Assembly: GCF_026210795.1 (NCBI RefSeq)
Contig: NC_089431.1
Coordinates: forward strand, 4,774,001 to 4,838,000
DNA length: 64,000 nucleotides
Source of the DNA: Rhizophagus irregularis
Lineage: Eukaryota
Direction of reading: 5' to 3'
Shown here: one piece after another, positions 12,951-26,823 of the stretch
Numbering within the stretch: position 1 is the stretch's first letter
Layout: the number at the start of each line of letters is the position of its first letter
The notes under the pieces: model-generated
What the model saw: only the letters and a program-made list of their open reading frames with translations
The model's database searches: none
Told to the model about the DNA's origin: nothing
Position numbers and translations under genes: made by a program

Positions 12951-14584
12951 TCAATTTTTCTTAATAATTTGAAATACTTCATATTCTTCTACTGAGAATA
13001 CACCCTCAGTTTCTCTGATATTTTTTTCATAAGATCGCTTTTTACAATAATTATACTTTTGTCTAAAATCATTTACATCACCTCCAAATAATATAAGATC
13101 TCTATTACCAAATGATGGGCCATACCGAGGCCAATAATTTATAGCATTTACTTTTACATTCACTCGACTTATAATATGATCATTAATATTTTTATTCCTA
13201 AAAGAAAATATAAAACTATCATCGGTAGTGCCGTAAATAAACAAAGATTTCCATGCAATCGGATTATACCCTCCGAGAATTTCATTACTATCTTTCACTT
13301 TAATAATTGCTACAGTAAGAGATTGATTATCACAAATTTCATGAAACCTTTTAGGTGTAAATCCATCCCGAGATCCACGAAAAATTAATTTGAATTCATA
13401 AAAATTTTTCATCTTATCCACCTTATCCTCAATCTCTAACTTATCGATCCATTTTGAAATTAATTCAGCATGTTGAATTGTAATAATTTTTGAATCTATG
13501 TTAATTCCTTTGATTGTCTGAGATTCCGACTTGCTACTTGCGTTATGATTATTATTAATTTTATGACTAACTGTCTGTAATTCCAACTTGCTGTTTGGAT
13601 TATAATCATTATTATTCATTTTGCAAATAATTTCTTTAACCATCCGTGGCTCTAACTTATTACTTGGATTATAATCGTTATTCAAAAACCATTGAATTAA
13701 GTTTTCATATAACTTTACTGGTATAATCATTTTATAAGGATATACTTTGTTCAAAAATTCTTTAGACGAAAACTTAATAAATTTAATAAAAGGGATACAT
13801 CGTTGTAAAGTATTTTTTAAGGCATCAAAATCATCATTGGAATAACTTGAAGGATCAGAAGAAAGTTCAGGATTCTGAGCAATACCCCATTTAAGAACGT
13901 GTTCCCAAATTTTAATATCACTCATTTGAAGATTATCATTTTCAACAAGAGTTATTAAAGATTTTTCTGAAATCGAAGTAAAATCAGGTGAATTAAAAAT
14001 TTTTCCTGGTTCTTTAGACATTAATTCCGTACAAAACTTTTGAAGTTCTAAGAAAGAATCATTTTCAAAGCTAGTTTGATATATTAAATTAAAATTTTGT
14101 TCCAACCAGTCTCTCTTATTATTAATCAAAAATGATTGCAAGCGAGGGATTAATTCCTGAAGACTTAGCTCACTCGCGGTAATCAAAATTTTAATGATAT
14201 CGAAAGTATCACATTCATCCAATAAAAGTTTTCCTCCATAAATATACCTAAAAAAAAAATAAAACGTTATAATAAATACGTTTATAAAGAAAAAATAAAA
14301 AATAAATTCACAACTACAATTTAATTATTAATTTACCTTAAAATTATTTGAAAAGATTCTGGTGAAATATTTGATAATTTAATATTCATCAACGTTCCAT
14401 CATTTTTCTTTTCATTTGTTGATAAAATTCTTCGCAAATAAGGTGAACGATAATTTAAGATAACCATATGAGCATGGAACACTTTTACATATGGATCATT
14501 ACCAACCTCAATTGTAATGTCATAATATTCATCGTCATCCAAAATTTCAAGTAAATTTTGTGATAATTTTGGTAATAATTCCAT
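12951..14584 (-). CDS. BTB-BACK-TLDc domain protein (exon 1 14584-14337, exon 2 14247-12951)
   Basis: Same two-exon architecture with the intron at ILR/YIYGG; intact ORFs. Confidence 0.92.
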
Positions 14585-16829
14585 TATTATCGTAAGAAGA
14601 AAAAAAGTTTTTAATCCAAACCTTGTAAATGGAATGGCTAAACTTTATTTAGTAGCACAATTTGAGAATAACGTAGGACAGTATAGTCACGTGCTAACTG
14701 TAGTTGCAGCAGTTCAGGTATTACAAATGATCAATATTATAATAATGAACTTATACTATATACAGTACTACAATAAGTCACTTTTGGGTCGTTTAGGTCG
14801 GCTTTGCTAGTACGGTACGTTGTTTAATGATTTAAAAGTGCACGTCATAAACTTAATTGTGATTCTCCGCAGTATCACGTGATTATACTTGTCCGAAGTT
14901 ATTTTACTAAACGCAACTTAGCCATTGGCCTCTAGGTGGAAGTACCTTTTGATGCCTAGTCGGGTAATTTGAAAAGTGGATAGTTCTTACTATCATACAT
15001 TATATTTGTACCTTACTTTTTTCTACAAGATTTATAAAATAAAAGTCTTGACCATTGGCGGCGCTCACTTTTGACCTCACCAAATTCGTGTGGAATGTAC
15101 GGTACATAATGATGCTTTCAAAAATGGAAACATTCTCTTAACATTAAGAAACGTCACCACCATACTCATAACAATCGCAAAGAATCTACAAAAAATCGAA
15201 CCAGAAATGATTCACGTTTCACGTCAACATTCACCCTTCCTATGACTCTCTTGATCCTACTCATGTACAGTACAAGACATTAATAACCGATCTCATTATA
15301 TATCACTATGAAACAATTACATAACGTCAAATTATTTAAATTTTTTACACTGGGCCTCAAATTAACTTGCAGGTTGAGTATACTTGTCATGTGGACTTTT
15401 ATTAATTGTCCGGAGCGTTAGCGAAGAACATTCTACTGTACTGCATTAGACGATTTTGTGTTAACCCATACAATTTTCTTTTCATCCATCCTTAGCCCTT
15501 GCTTTTTCCTTTTGTGATTACTGCTTATTTTATGTGTTACATATTTTTATATTATACTATTTTTCGTAATCAATTTTTTTTTAATAAAAAAATGATACCG
15601 ATTAAATAAACGCGATGGACTTTAACAGTTTCCATTTTCCTAGTATACATACCATACCGTATGCGATAAAACTTAAAAAATGACGATTTTATAAATAGAC
15701 CATTTTTACTAATAAAATTACAGAAAAATGATTTAATTCAAATATTCATTTTATATTTAATATAAAAGGAAGAAAAACTAATTTTGTTGGTAAAAAGCAA
15801 TTTTTTTAATTTTTTTTTAAAAAAAGAAAATAATAATAAAAAAAAATAACGGTTTTATATTTCTATTTTCTTGTACAATGATTTAAAATAAATGACTTCA
15901 TTGATTAAATAAATTGTTCTGATTTTTTTTTTAATTTAGGTTATCTCTTTTGATCCAATCAGTTATTTTTTTGTATATTTCACCTACAGTTGTTTACCGA
16001 CGATCATTCCACATTTCCACCTTTCACTGCTTTCACTGATAACTAGAATCTATATAACTAAAAAAATTTTGTCTGCGTCATATAAATAATTTGAATTGTG
16101 AATTGTGTAACATGAAAACCCGTCCATAACAGATAATATGAAAACCTCGTGACATATTTGCGCCTGATCTATTCCTTATTTATTATTACACTAAATCGTT
16201 GCGTAATCATTTCTTTTTCATTTCAAACTTATTTTTCTATATTAAACCTATATTTTTATTTAAACCTATATTTGCGATCCATCATTACGTCTTCAAAAAA
16301 AAAAATAATTATAATTCTACAGAAATTCTTCTCTTAGATATGACTTTATTAGTAGAAATAATATATTGAATTGTTTCTTATAATCTTTCATGTTTCATTA
16401 TTCGCCAAATTGTTTATTTAAAATAAATTCAATTGAAAATAACTAAGTTGACTTTTCATCAATCATGTTTTTTTTATTGATTTTTAAATAAGATTTAAAA
16501 ATAATAACAAATTAATAATTCTTTTTATCAAATTATTTGAATATTATTAAAGATACTATCTATTCATTAAGTATGACAATCAAATTTGTTACGCAGAAAA
16601 AAATAAAAAATAAAAAAAAGTAAATTATTAATTTTTAAATTTATTTACTAAGTATGGAAAGTACGATAGTATTATTTTTCTTTTTTGTTATGAGGCGTAA
16701 AATACTACGCCTCAAGGTCACAAAATTTATGAGCACAACATGGAGTTATGATCAACAATTTGTGTTTTGTTTCGGAGTAACAAACTTAAAAAATAATTCT
16801 TTCTCTTCCCTTAATTTATAAATTACATT

Positions 16830-19215
16830 ATGTCCGCTCTTCGATATGAATTAATTTATGCAACAGTTAATAGAGCAACACTGTTAATTGATACTAATAT
16901 TTACAATGATATACACAAACATTTTGAATTTAAAAAACAAACAGTCCTTGCTGATAAAATTCTTACAAATGATGAAAAAACTGAAGCAATAAGAAAAATA
17001 ACTAAAGGTTATGATCGAAATAAAGTTATTTTTAATTTAGGAACAAAAAGAATATGTGAAAATTGTAACCAAGAATGTTTAGCCACATTATATTGTGAAT
17101 ATTGTGTCCGAAATTATTTAAAAGAAAATTTTTCAAATTGGGCATCTGGGAATGATGATATTGACAATTTAATACAGAAATGTCAAATAGAATCACTTAG
17201 TCCAACAATGATAGTTGAATGGATTCCATATAACGATTTGGAAAATATTAATTATTTGACAAAAGGTGGATTTTCTGAAATCTATACAGCAGACTGGATT
17301 AATGGAAGATATAGTGAATGGGATTCTAAAGAACAAGAGTTAAAAAGATTTAGAACTTTAAAAGTAGTACTTAAAACGTTAGAAAATGTTGAAAGTGCAA
17401 ATCAAAGTTGGTTTGAAGAGGTTTGCATAATTTTAAATTTATTTATAAAATCCTGTTTTATGTATTAACAATAGCATGTTGTCATTTAGGCTAAATCACA
17501 TTTAACTATAAGTAATAAGTGGGCAGTTGTTGTTCGATGTTATGGTTTAACACAAGATCCATCAAATAGAAATTATATGCTTGTAATTTTGAAAATGGAT
17601 ATGGATTTAAGAAATTATTTACAACAAAATCATAATCAACTCATATGGAAAGATAGAATGAAAATTATTGATGAAATAACTCGTGCGCTTTATTATATTC
17701 ATGAAGAGAAAGCAGTTCATAGAGATTTGCATTCTGGAAATATATTATACTCACAATTTAATGATCATTGGTATATTAGTGATCTTGGATTTTGTGGACC
17801 TGCTGATAAATCTTCAACAAGTATATATGGAAATCTTCCTTACATAGCACCCGAAGTTATTGTTGGAAGAGAATATACTTTCGCATCTGATATTTATAGT
17901 ATTGCAATTCTTATGTGGGAAATTTCGTCTGGACAACCACCATTTATAAATTATGAACATGAAAATGATATTGTAATGAATGTTATTAACGGTATAAGAC
18001 CAAAAATTGTGCCAGGAACTCCATTAGAATATAAAAATTTAATGAAAGAATGTTGGGATGCTAATCCATTAAAAAGGCCTGACACTTATGCACTTGGGAA
18101 AAAAATGTTAAGAATTAATATAGATTATCAAAATATGCCAGATGAATTATTTAAATCAGAAATAGATAATTTAAAAGTGAATAAAGTAGAAGAAAATTAT
18201 ACGAGTAGCAGATTATTTACAAGTAAAATTCACAACTTTGGAAATCTACCTGAACCGAGAAATGCAACAGAAGGTATAAGTGTATTAATGAATGTATTTA
18301 TTTTACAATACATTATTAATGTTATCTTTTATTATAATAGAAGAACAAGAAGGTACTATAACTGGCTAAATAATAATTTTTACCATTTTTTGGTTACTAT
18401 AATAATTTAGTTTTTGAAATACTTAATTTTACTATTAATAGTGTTTCATAGTAAATTGTATGATTTTAACATTCCTAACAATAGTAAGTACATTACAGCG
18501 TTGAATTATTACATAATGATGTTTAATAATTGATATTTATTTTAGTTAGCGATTTTAATGGATCAAATAAGCAGTATAGTAAGAAATTATCAAGTATAAT
18601 TAATAAATATTTTAAAGGTGATTTGTTTGAAATAATAGATTAAATATTAAATCTATTTCTATGTTCTTAATTTTAGGTGATAGTGAAAAATTACCCAAAG
18701 AATTTATAAAGTTACAAATAAATTCAAATAGTAAGTAAATAAGTGAAATAAAAATATTCATTGTATCAGTTTCATTTATTAAATAACGTGACTTTTATTT
18801 AAAAATAATATGACGAAAAGAAATAATTCAACAACAAATGAAAAGGAAAGATATTGATATTGATGGTAAGCAAAAAAAGTAAAAATTATTTTGTCAATAT
18901 ATTTAATATTTAATGTAGCTTTAAATTAAAAATTTAGATGATGAAAAAGAAATAATTCAACAAAAAATGAAAAGACAAAATATTGGTGATATTTATGGTA
19001 TGCGAATTTTTAATTTAATTTTTATATTATTTTTTAATTAATTTATTTATTTCTTACAGATGATGACGAAGTATATAATAATCCAAATCTTCATTCAAAA
19101 GAACAAGATGAACTGGAAATTCCTGATGGTAAGTTCTTAATTAATTAGTCGCTTTAAAAAGAAATCTTATTTATTTTACCAATTTGTTAATTTTTTATCT
19201 TTAGATGGATTTTGA
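16830..19215 (+). CDS. TKL-like protein kinase; exons 16830-17420, 17490-18273, then several micro-exons ending ...EIPDDGF*
   Basis: TKGGFSEIY, VVLK, HRDLHSGN, DLG and APE motifs; CENC..CEYC cluster; 69-nt intron in frame; 12-nt exon 18341-18352 and further small GT-AG exons whose exact use is uncertain. Confidence 0.88.
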
Positions 19216-20161
19216 ATAATCATTTAACAATGTTTTTTTTTATATATTAAATTATTATCATTTATTTATTTATTATTTTTTTTATCTTGGATTACATAAA
19301 CACTAAGACTAGATAGAGTAGTAAATGTTTTACAAAATTCTTAGTTTGCAATATAAATAATTTTAATAAATTTATTCAAATTATTAAATGATCTCATGAA
19401 AGTATAACAAGATAATGTACACACGTTCTATATTAAAAAATTTGTTTTAATTTTTTACAATAACCTCTTATTAATTCCAAAAAATTTATTATATATATTT
19501 GCATGATATATGATAAAATACATAATTCTCATAATAAATTTTTATTGTAACTTACTTGATGCATCAAAATTCTTTTCATATAGCATAAAAGTAGGAACTT
19601 CAATTTGCTCAAACAGCCGCTTTAATAAGGTTAAGCTGTTTCAAGAAAAAGAACTTAAACGTACTAGCATTAATAAAAAAAAATACAAAAAAAAATAGAA
19701 CATTATAAAACAATTTTTATTGTAAAATCAGTTTTCTATATTTAACATATAATTTCATAATATTACTATATTTAATGCTTATATAATTAAAATACTTATA
19801 TATATCTTAGAAATTCCATAACATAAATGAAGACAAATTAAAACTTATACATAAAATAATAAAATATATAAATTAATTAAATGAATATTGAGCTATTCCT
19901 CGAATAAAGTCCAATAATGGTCTTCTTTATTAGAGAATTTTGTCATCTCACATTATTTATGAGTGGTAAAAAACGATTCAAACAATAAATAAAAAAATCA
20001 ACATTTTATTATATTCAAATTACATAACATTTCTTTTATGTGTATATTAATAAAATTCTATAATTGTGACTATGTTATTTTCACAATAAAAACTATTAAA
20101 TATTAAATTAATAAAATTATGGCTATGTTATCGATTATCAAATTACAGTAAATAATTAAAA

Positions 20162-20394
20162 TTCGGTGAAATGATTTTCGGTGAGATTGAAACAGCCCTG
20201 TCAATGAAATGAAATGATTTTCGGGGAGTTGATTTTCGGTGAAATAGTCCTGTCGGTGAAATAGCCCTGTTGGTGAAATTAATGATTTTCGGTGAGATGA
20301 TTTTCGATAAAATAACCCTGTCGGTGAAATAGCCCTGTCGATGACGGAAATTAAATGATTTTCGGTGAAATGACTGTCGGTAAGTTGATTGTTG
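20162..20394. repeat. Tandem CGGTGAAAT array (MULE-like subterminal repeats), continued at 23047-23073
   Basis: About 10 copies of (T)CGGTGAAAT; the same core occurs in putative termini at 23880-23933 and 57157-57222. Confidence 0.7.
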
Positions 20395-23046
20395 CCCTAT
20401 AAGAAATATGTATACGGAAAGGATACGTTTTGTATACATTTTATGTACGTTTCTATAGATTCCGTATACAAATTCCGTATATTTAATAAGCAATTCATTT
20501 TTGAACATTTTTTAAAAAAACTGATGTATACGAAATGTATACGGAAAAATTAATCATACGGAATGTATACGGAATTTTTAAACTTAATATTTTTAGAAAA
20601 TAATTTTACAAAAATCTCGTATCATAACACGAGATCACGTGATTGTTTATTGTTTTGTTATGATACGTTTTTTGTTTTTATATAAACCCTTACTTTGATG
20701 AGTTTGATCTTCCGATCTTCCTTTCTGTCTTTCCCTTCCTTCTCTTTTCTCTTGTCTTATTTTTGTTATTTTTTCTAAATTTTTCTTCTTTTTTCGTCAC
20801 CCCCCCTTTTAAAAAAAAATTTTTTTTTCGTACTTCACTTTAAATTTTTTTTTTTCATCACTCTCTCCTTTAAAAAAAAATTGTTTTTCGTCACTCCCTT
20901 AAAAAAAAAATTTTTTTTTTGATTTTATTCTTTTATTCCCACTCTTCTTTTTTTTTAAAAAAAATTTTCTTCTTTCTATTTCTATTTCCTCTTTATAAAA
21001 AATTTTTATTTTTCTAACTTTGACGTTCTCCCTTTAAAAAAAAAATTTTTTTTAACTTTCCTAACTTCGTTAATCTCTTTTTAAAAAAATATTTTTTTTG
21101 ATTTATTCTTTATTCCCCTTTCTTTTTTATTTATATTTATCTCTTTTTTTATTTCATAGGCCAGCAGATTTTTTTTTGTGAGAAGACTCAGTTTCTTTTT
21201 TCTTTTTTGTAGATCAGTTTGGGAGTCCTTTCCTTTCAATGTCGGACAACTTCCGACAACCTTTTTTCCGACATACCCTTTACCCGACAACGATTACCCG
21301 ACAAGACATATTCCCGAATGAACATTTTACCGACATGACACATTCCCTAATGGACATTATACCGACATTCTAGTTTTCCCGACATGACATTATCCCGACA
21401 ACATATATCCTGACAGACATTTTCCCGACATGTTGAAAATGATTACGAAAAGTAATTTATTACTGCTGTAATAATGTATCATGTTTATAAATATAAATAT
21501 AATTCTCTTACATCTACCACAACCAAAAATTTCAAAAAAGATTAAATTTGTAAGGAAACAATTTATTTATCTAATATAAAATTTGGAATTATACGATATA
21601 AAAAAATGTTAAATCATTGAAAAAACTGTTTTAAATGAAATAATTAGTAATAGCTTTATTTAAAAATAGATAATTTCATTGCTATAAAGTTAATTTTTTC
21701 CACAATGATTAATTGAATTCATATAAAATCCGATAATAAAAGATTTCCATAAAGGGAAATCAGTATTTTTGTCTTACGAAATAGAAACTGCATAATAATA
21801 ACGATCTTTTAATTTTAGGAATTGTTTTATAAATAATTTATTATGTGATTATGGGAAGAAATTTGATTGGATTTATTTATACTTTTTTTATCTCTACTTC
21901 AAAATTTACAGATTTTCAGATTTTTGGAATTTTTCACTTATCCATTTTTTGCAACTAAAATAAATTTTTGTAGGTACGCAACGGGTTGCTGCTAGTGATT
22001 TTGTTATAAAAATTTGCGCACTATGAAAATGAAATATACAGTATACATGAAATTGCGAATTTTTATTAAAATAAATATGAATAAACAAATAATAAAAATT
22101 TTCTCCATATGTTTTATCTTAAATAATTGGGAAATCACTTTTTTTTAATCAGGAAAATGTCTGTCGGGATATGATGTTGTCGGGATAATGTCATGTCGGG
22201 AAAAATAGCATGTCGGTATAATGTCCATTAGGGAATGTGTCATGTCGGTAAAATGTTCATTCGGGAATATGTCTTGTCGGGTAATCGTTGTCGGGCAAAG
22301 GGTATATCGGGAAAAAGGTTGTCGGGAAATCGTGGTGTAACCGTTCAAATTTTCTTTTTTTTTTGTAAGTTGGGTTCAGATTCTTTTCTTTTCGTAGGTT
22401 ATTTCGGTTTTGTTGCTTCAGAGTCTTCTTTTTTTGTAGGTCAGTTTTGGATTTATTTTGTTGTTTTAGTTTCTTTTTCATCAGATGCTTCATAATTCTT
22501 TTCATTTATGTAGGTCAGACATTCTGGAGTTCTCTTTCTTTTTTTGTAGGAATACTGACCTTTGGTGACTTGGACGATTGCAGATACTATATGAAGGGGG
22601 TTTTGTTTCCAATTAAGTTAGACGTTCTTATGTTTCTTTTTTTGTTTTTTTTAGGTTGTTTGACTCTAAATGAACCTGAACTTATAGATAATTTTGGTTG
22701 CAATAGGTGGTTTTAATAAGGAGGAATTTTCATAATGTATTTGTATTTTGTTTGATTTTATCACGAAATTTATACGATTTGGTCACTGAATTTACTATTT
22801 GTATTACAGTTTACTATAATTATATTTACATAAATCTAATTTTACTTTATTAAATTAAATAAAAAATAAAAAATAGTGATCAAATCATGTAAATTCCATA
22901 TGAATTCCGTGCAAATTCCGTATCCAAACCATATTTTTAGTGATACGGAATTGTGCATTTTTCCGTATCCTATTATGATACGTTATTTCTAAGGAAAAAA
23001 ATCGTATAAAAACTTTATAAAAAACGTATCCAATTTTTTTATAGGG
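20395..23046. mobile_element. Non-autonomous CACTA/CMC-like element (CCCTA termini, 3-bp TSD TTG)
   Basis: CCCTATAAGAAA...TTTTTTATAGGG termini; subterminal GTATACGGAA/TTCCGTAT repeats at both ends; TTG on both flanks; excision restores GTTGGTGAAAT of the host array. Confidence 0.8.
21252..22342. mobile_element. Foldback/MULE-like element with about 175-bp TIRs built from CCGACA repeats
   Basis: 21252-21428 is the near-perfect reverse complement of 22149-22327; right terminus ...GGGAAATCGTGGTGTAACC; the matching left tip is missing. Confidence 0.85.
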
Positions 23047-24344
23047 TTGGTGAAATGATTTTCAGTGAAATAGTATATTTAACTTATTTAAGTGTGCCCT
23101 TGTAAATCCCAATTCATTCGTAGTACTAAATTTATAAAATTTTACCATTTTTTCAATGAATTATTAAAAATAGATAAATAATTAAAATTCTACGGAAAAA
23201 TTCATTCATCGGAATAGTAACTTATTTGATCTGCAAAAATCAATTTCCGATTAAATAAAAAAAATTCCCATAGATAATTTGTAACCTTATTGTTTTTACT
23301 AATATGTAATCAATTTTAAAGTGTCTCACAAGCATCGATTATCGAATTTTTTAAGATTTTATCATAGACGGTCAACCTGACGTTTCTGATTTTAGAGAAA
23401 TGATCAGCGCTTGTAAATTACAATTCCTATTCACAAATAATAATGTTCTCATTGTAAAATCAATATTTTTCTTATTAATACGTCGCAAAAATCGTTTAAG
23501 TTGATCTACAGTATATTTATTTGGCATATTTCAGGGGTCATGTTACATAAATCATAATACATATTCAAAAAAGGAAATAAAATTGTCTATTGTGACAGGA
23601 CTAAAACAAATTTTGTTAGTTTAGTACGGTAAATAGTCCTTTCGCTAACTCTTCGGACAATTAAATATTTTTCTTAAAATGTAAAGATTTTTAAAATATT
23701 TCGCAAAAAATTAATGTTTAATATATACTTAATAATACTTTACAATATTTAATGAATTATTATTAATGTTATTTAATTAAAAAAATATATATAAGTTTTT
23801 TTGCTTTATAATTTTTTTCATACAAAGGTATAATTTTTCTTTTTATTTTTAATATACTGATTAACCATTCTTATCAGCGAAATGAACTCACTATCGGTAA
23901 GTGAAATAATTATCGGTGAAATAGACTGAACCCTATAACAATCAATTGAATAAAATGAAAATAAACATGATGCTACCATATTGTTATCTAGTCAATTAAC
24001 GCAATTCTGTGGAAAAAAAAAGATAGTTTGGGCTTCCATATTTTTTTTATCGGAATTTGATCTGCAAAATCAATTTCCGAATAATTAATTAAAATCAGCC
24101 TTTTGTAGTTATTATAGATCGGCAAATTCTAATAGTAATTTTTTCTCGCAGATCAAAATTTATTAATGAAAGAATGAAGGAAATAAAGGAAATGATTTTG
24201 TACATCATAGCTTAATAAAATGTATAAAATATGATCTATCCTGATACTATTCTGACAACGACAAAGTTATCTCATCTTTTTACAAAAAAACAACTTAAAG
24301 CACTTTTATTTTCACATTTATTTTCCCCGTCTTTTGCATCAATA

Positions 24345-25028
24345 ATGAGAATATCGTTTGCTCAATCGTGTAAATTACACACTTTCTTATTATACACTTT
24401 CTTTTTGGTTGCAATAGCAACCATAATTATGGGAGTGCCTCTAGAGAATGCGCTTATGACTAAGCGAGCCGAGATACAATTGACAGTACCCGGATGTCCC
24501 ACCGGCTACGTATATAAAGCCTCCCTTTGCGACGAAATTAATAGATTGATGGTATTTTGTGAAAATTCTCAAAACCCAGATGATGTCCAAGTAGTATATA
24601 ATGATTGTGGACCAGATGAAACTTGCATTGAACATTATTACGCCATCGAATCTGATCTAGACGTTCCACATGCAACGTGTATTGATAATGAACATCGGGT
24701 CAGAAAATGGGATAATTTTGGTGAACCCGCTAAAGAAACCTGTTCACCGGAAAGGGGTTACGACATTGAATCAACTGATATGGAGATTGCAGTAACGATA
24801 TATGCAAATGATGGAAAACCGATACAAGTAAATATAATTGTTGCGTATAAGAATGGTGTAGAAATTTCTACGGTCTACGATCAGCACAATTACACCAGTG
24901 TGATCCGAAACTATAGTGATGAAAAAATTAAATACTGCTTCACTACAGGATCAGATAACAAGGTAACAGCTTATGCAGCTGGTTGGGATATAGAAAATAA
25001 AACTTTTTTGTTGGATTCTAAAAGTTGA
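24345..25028 (+). CDS. Secreted Cys-rich protein, FOLD (SIX6-like / MycFOLD) effector candidate
   Basis: Probable start MRISF; hydrophobic signal segment; Kex2-like LMTKR; 8 Cys in the mature part (6 in the N-domain, 2 in the C-domain); intronless. Confidence 0.75.
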   Translation: MRISFAQSCKLHTFLLYTFFLVAIATIIMGVPLENALMTKRAEIQLTVPGCPTGYVYKASLCDEINRLMVFCENSQNPDDVQVVYNDCGPDETCIEHYYAIESDLDVPHATCIDNEHRVRKWDNFGEPAKETCSPERGYDIESTDMEIAVTIYANDGKPIQVNIIVAYKNGVEISTVYDQHNYTSVIRNYSDEKIKYCFTTGSDNKVTAYAAGWDIENKTFLLDSKS

Positions 25029-25581
25029 AAATATATATTTCTTTTTTAATGAATTTTTTGTTACAAATACAAAAAAAATTATAGAAAAAAAATATATATA
25101 TATATACCAGAAAAAATTTATTTAGAGCGAAATGATTATAAGAATATCATTTATTAAATTCTTTAAAAATGAATATGTATTTTCTTTATCAATTATTATT
25201 TATTAATTTAATTCGATATTTAAATAAAATTAACCTAAAATTAGTTTTAGAAATATTTTTATCATTAAGGATCGTTGAAGTCAAAATTGAATTTTAAAAT
25301 AAAATTATTAATAATTGCTAACCTTACTAACATTGAAGGTTTTTATTTAACAAATTAACGGAACCATACTAAAAAAATATATATTTATTATAAAACTAAT
25401 TATTATAAAATTAATAAACGGACGGATTAAATTACTTTGCATATTTTAATACATGACTTGTCGCTTCGCATATCGATGAACTTAAACCATATGGTAATTG
25501 TGCATACAAATAATATTCTGAAAATAAGTCATTTTTATTGGCGTAAATAATTACGTCATTCTTCTAGTATATAATTTTTTG

Positions 25582-26823
25582 TTCTCTTTTAAAGTAAAAA
25601 TTAAATGGTGATCTTAAATACGATTCGATACAATCATAAATTTTGTAAATTTATTGTAGAGTGTAATAAAATAGCAACAAAGACCATCGACCCGGCTTAC
25701 TTTACTGACAACACGCGGCGTGATGTAGGTCGTAATGTGGGCCAGGTGATTAATTTTCACATACTGTGTTATCAGTGAAATTTTTGTTGGCTTTCAGTGA
25801 AATGAGGAGATCGATGCTCAAAATCCCAACGATCAGAATCCCGTTATAAACACAAGCCCGACGCTCACAACCCTTGTCAAATCATAATTTCGAAAGTTCA
25901 AATCCTGACACTCATTATCTTTTTTTTTTTATTTTTACATTATTTTTTTTAGACGTAATAATTTTGTAATACTTTGTAACGATTATTATTTCTATTAATA
26001 TCAAATATAATAATGATTTTTTAAAATATTTCGCAAAAATTAACGTCTTTATTTTAAAATTATTTTTATTAATATTTAATTTTAATAATCATACTTCGCA
26101 AATTTAATTTATTAATGTTAATAGTTAAAAACAAAAAAAAAAACTTGCTTATATTAAATAAAAATGTAATGTTTTGCTTATAAAGATATTAAATTTTTTG
26201 CTGATTAGAATTTAATAATCATTTTTTATTCATGAGGATATTAAGTGACGGGATAATAATGAGTGTCTGGATTTTGAAATTTCGAGATTATGAATTTTCA
26301 TTATCATAATGGGATTCTGATCGTCAAGATTTCATTTTTCTTTGTTCGAGAAAGGATAAATTAGATCGTGATTCTATGTCAAATGTAAAAAAGGGGCGAA
26401 AATAAATTAAGTAAATAAGATATATTTTCACAATTTCGCCAAGACATCTCCGTAGTTAAGATAAAATCCCCCTACCAACATATGTTTATGTGTATTTTTT
26501 TTAAATTGAAAATTTCGCACGCATTACTGCCATTTTTAATTATTTATTTTAAAAAACATTCGACATATTACAAATAATTACGTGGTTTATGATCGAAAAA
26601 GTTAATCTATCAATATGCTTTAAAATAAATATTCTATAAAAGACTAGGCTAATTATTAATATATTATTTAATACGAAACTGTTTGATAATATGATTTTGA
26701 TTACGATATTGGCTATATATAATTATGACATTAACTCAAAATTAAAGTGTATGACTAATTCGAAATAATTCATTCGATAATTCGATACCATAAGTATAGG
26801 AACATAATTAGAGTATTAAAAAT
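25582..26823 (+). repeat. 1.2-kb duplicated segment, copy A (copy B = 38511-38582 plus 41424-42473)
   Basis: Long near-identical runs, e.g. CCGGCTTACTTTACT..ACACGCGGCGTGATGTAGG and GATACCATAAGTATAGGAACATAATTAGAGTATTAAAAAT. Confidence 0.92.
25820..26333. mobile_element. Foldback MITE inside the duplicated segment (second copy about 41543-42037)
   Basis: ACGATCAGAATCCC...TCATAATTTCGAAA..CAAATCCTGACACTCATTA is inverted at 26252-26333. Confidence 0.7.

Noticed and set aside
16691..16714. TGAGGCGTA-x6-TACGCCTCA hairpin as a terminator
   Set aside because: Eukaryotic promoter region with no U-tract; function cannot be supported.
21252..22342. CCGACA and CGGTGAAAT arrays as CRISPR-like repeats
   Set aside because: Units are short and degenerate, spacers are not unique, the arrays are arranged as inverted arms, and the context is eukaryotic with no cas genes.
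24231..24344. Upstream in-frame ATG extension of the secreted protein
   Set aside because: It would displace the signal peptide; ATG 24345 has a good A at -3 context and the extension looks like T-rich UTR.
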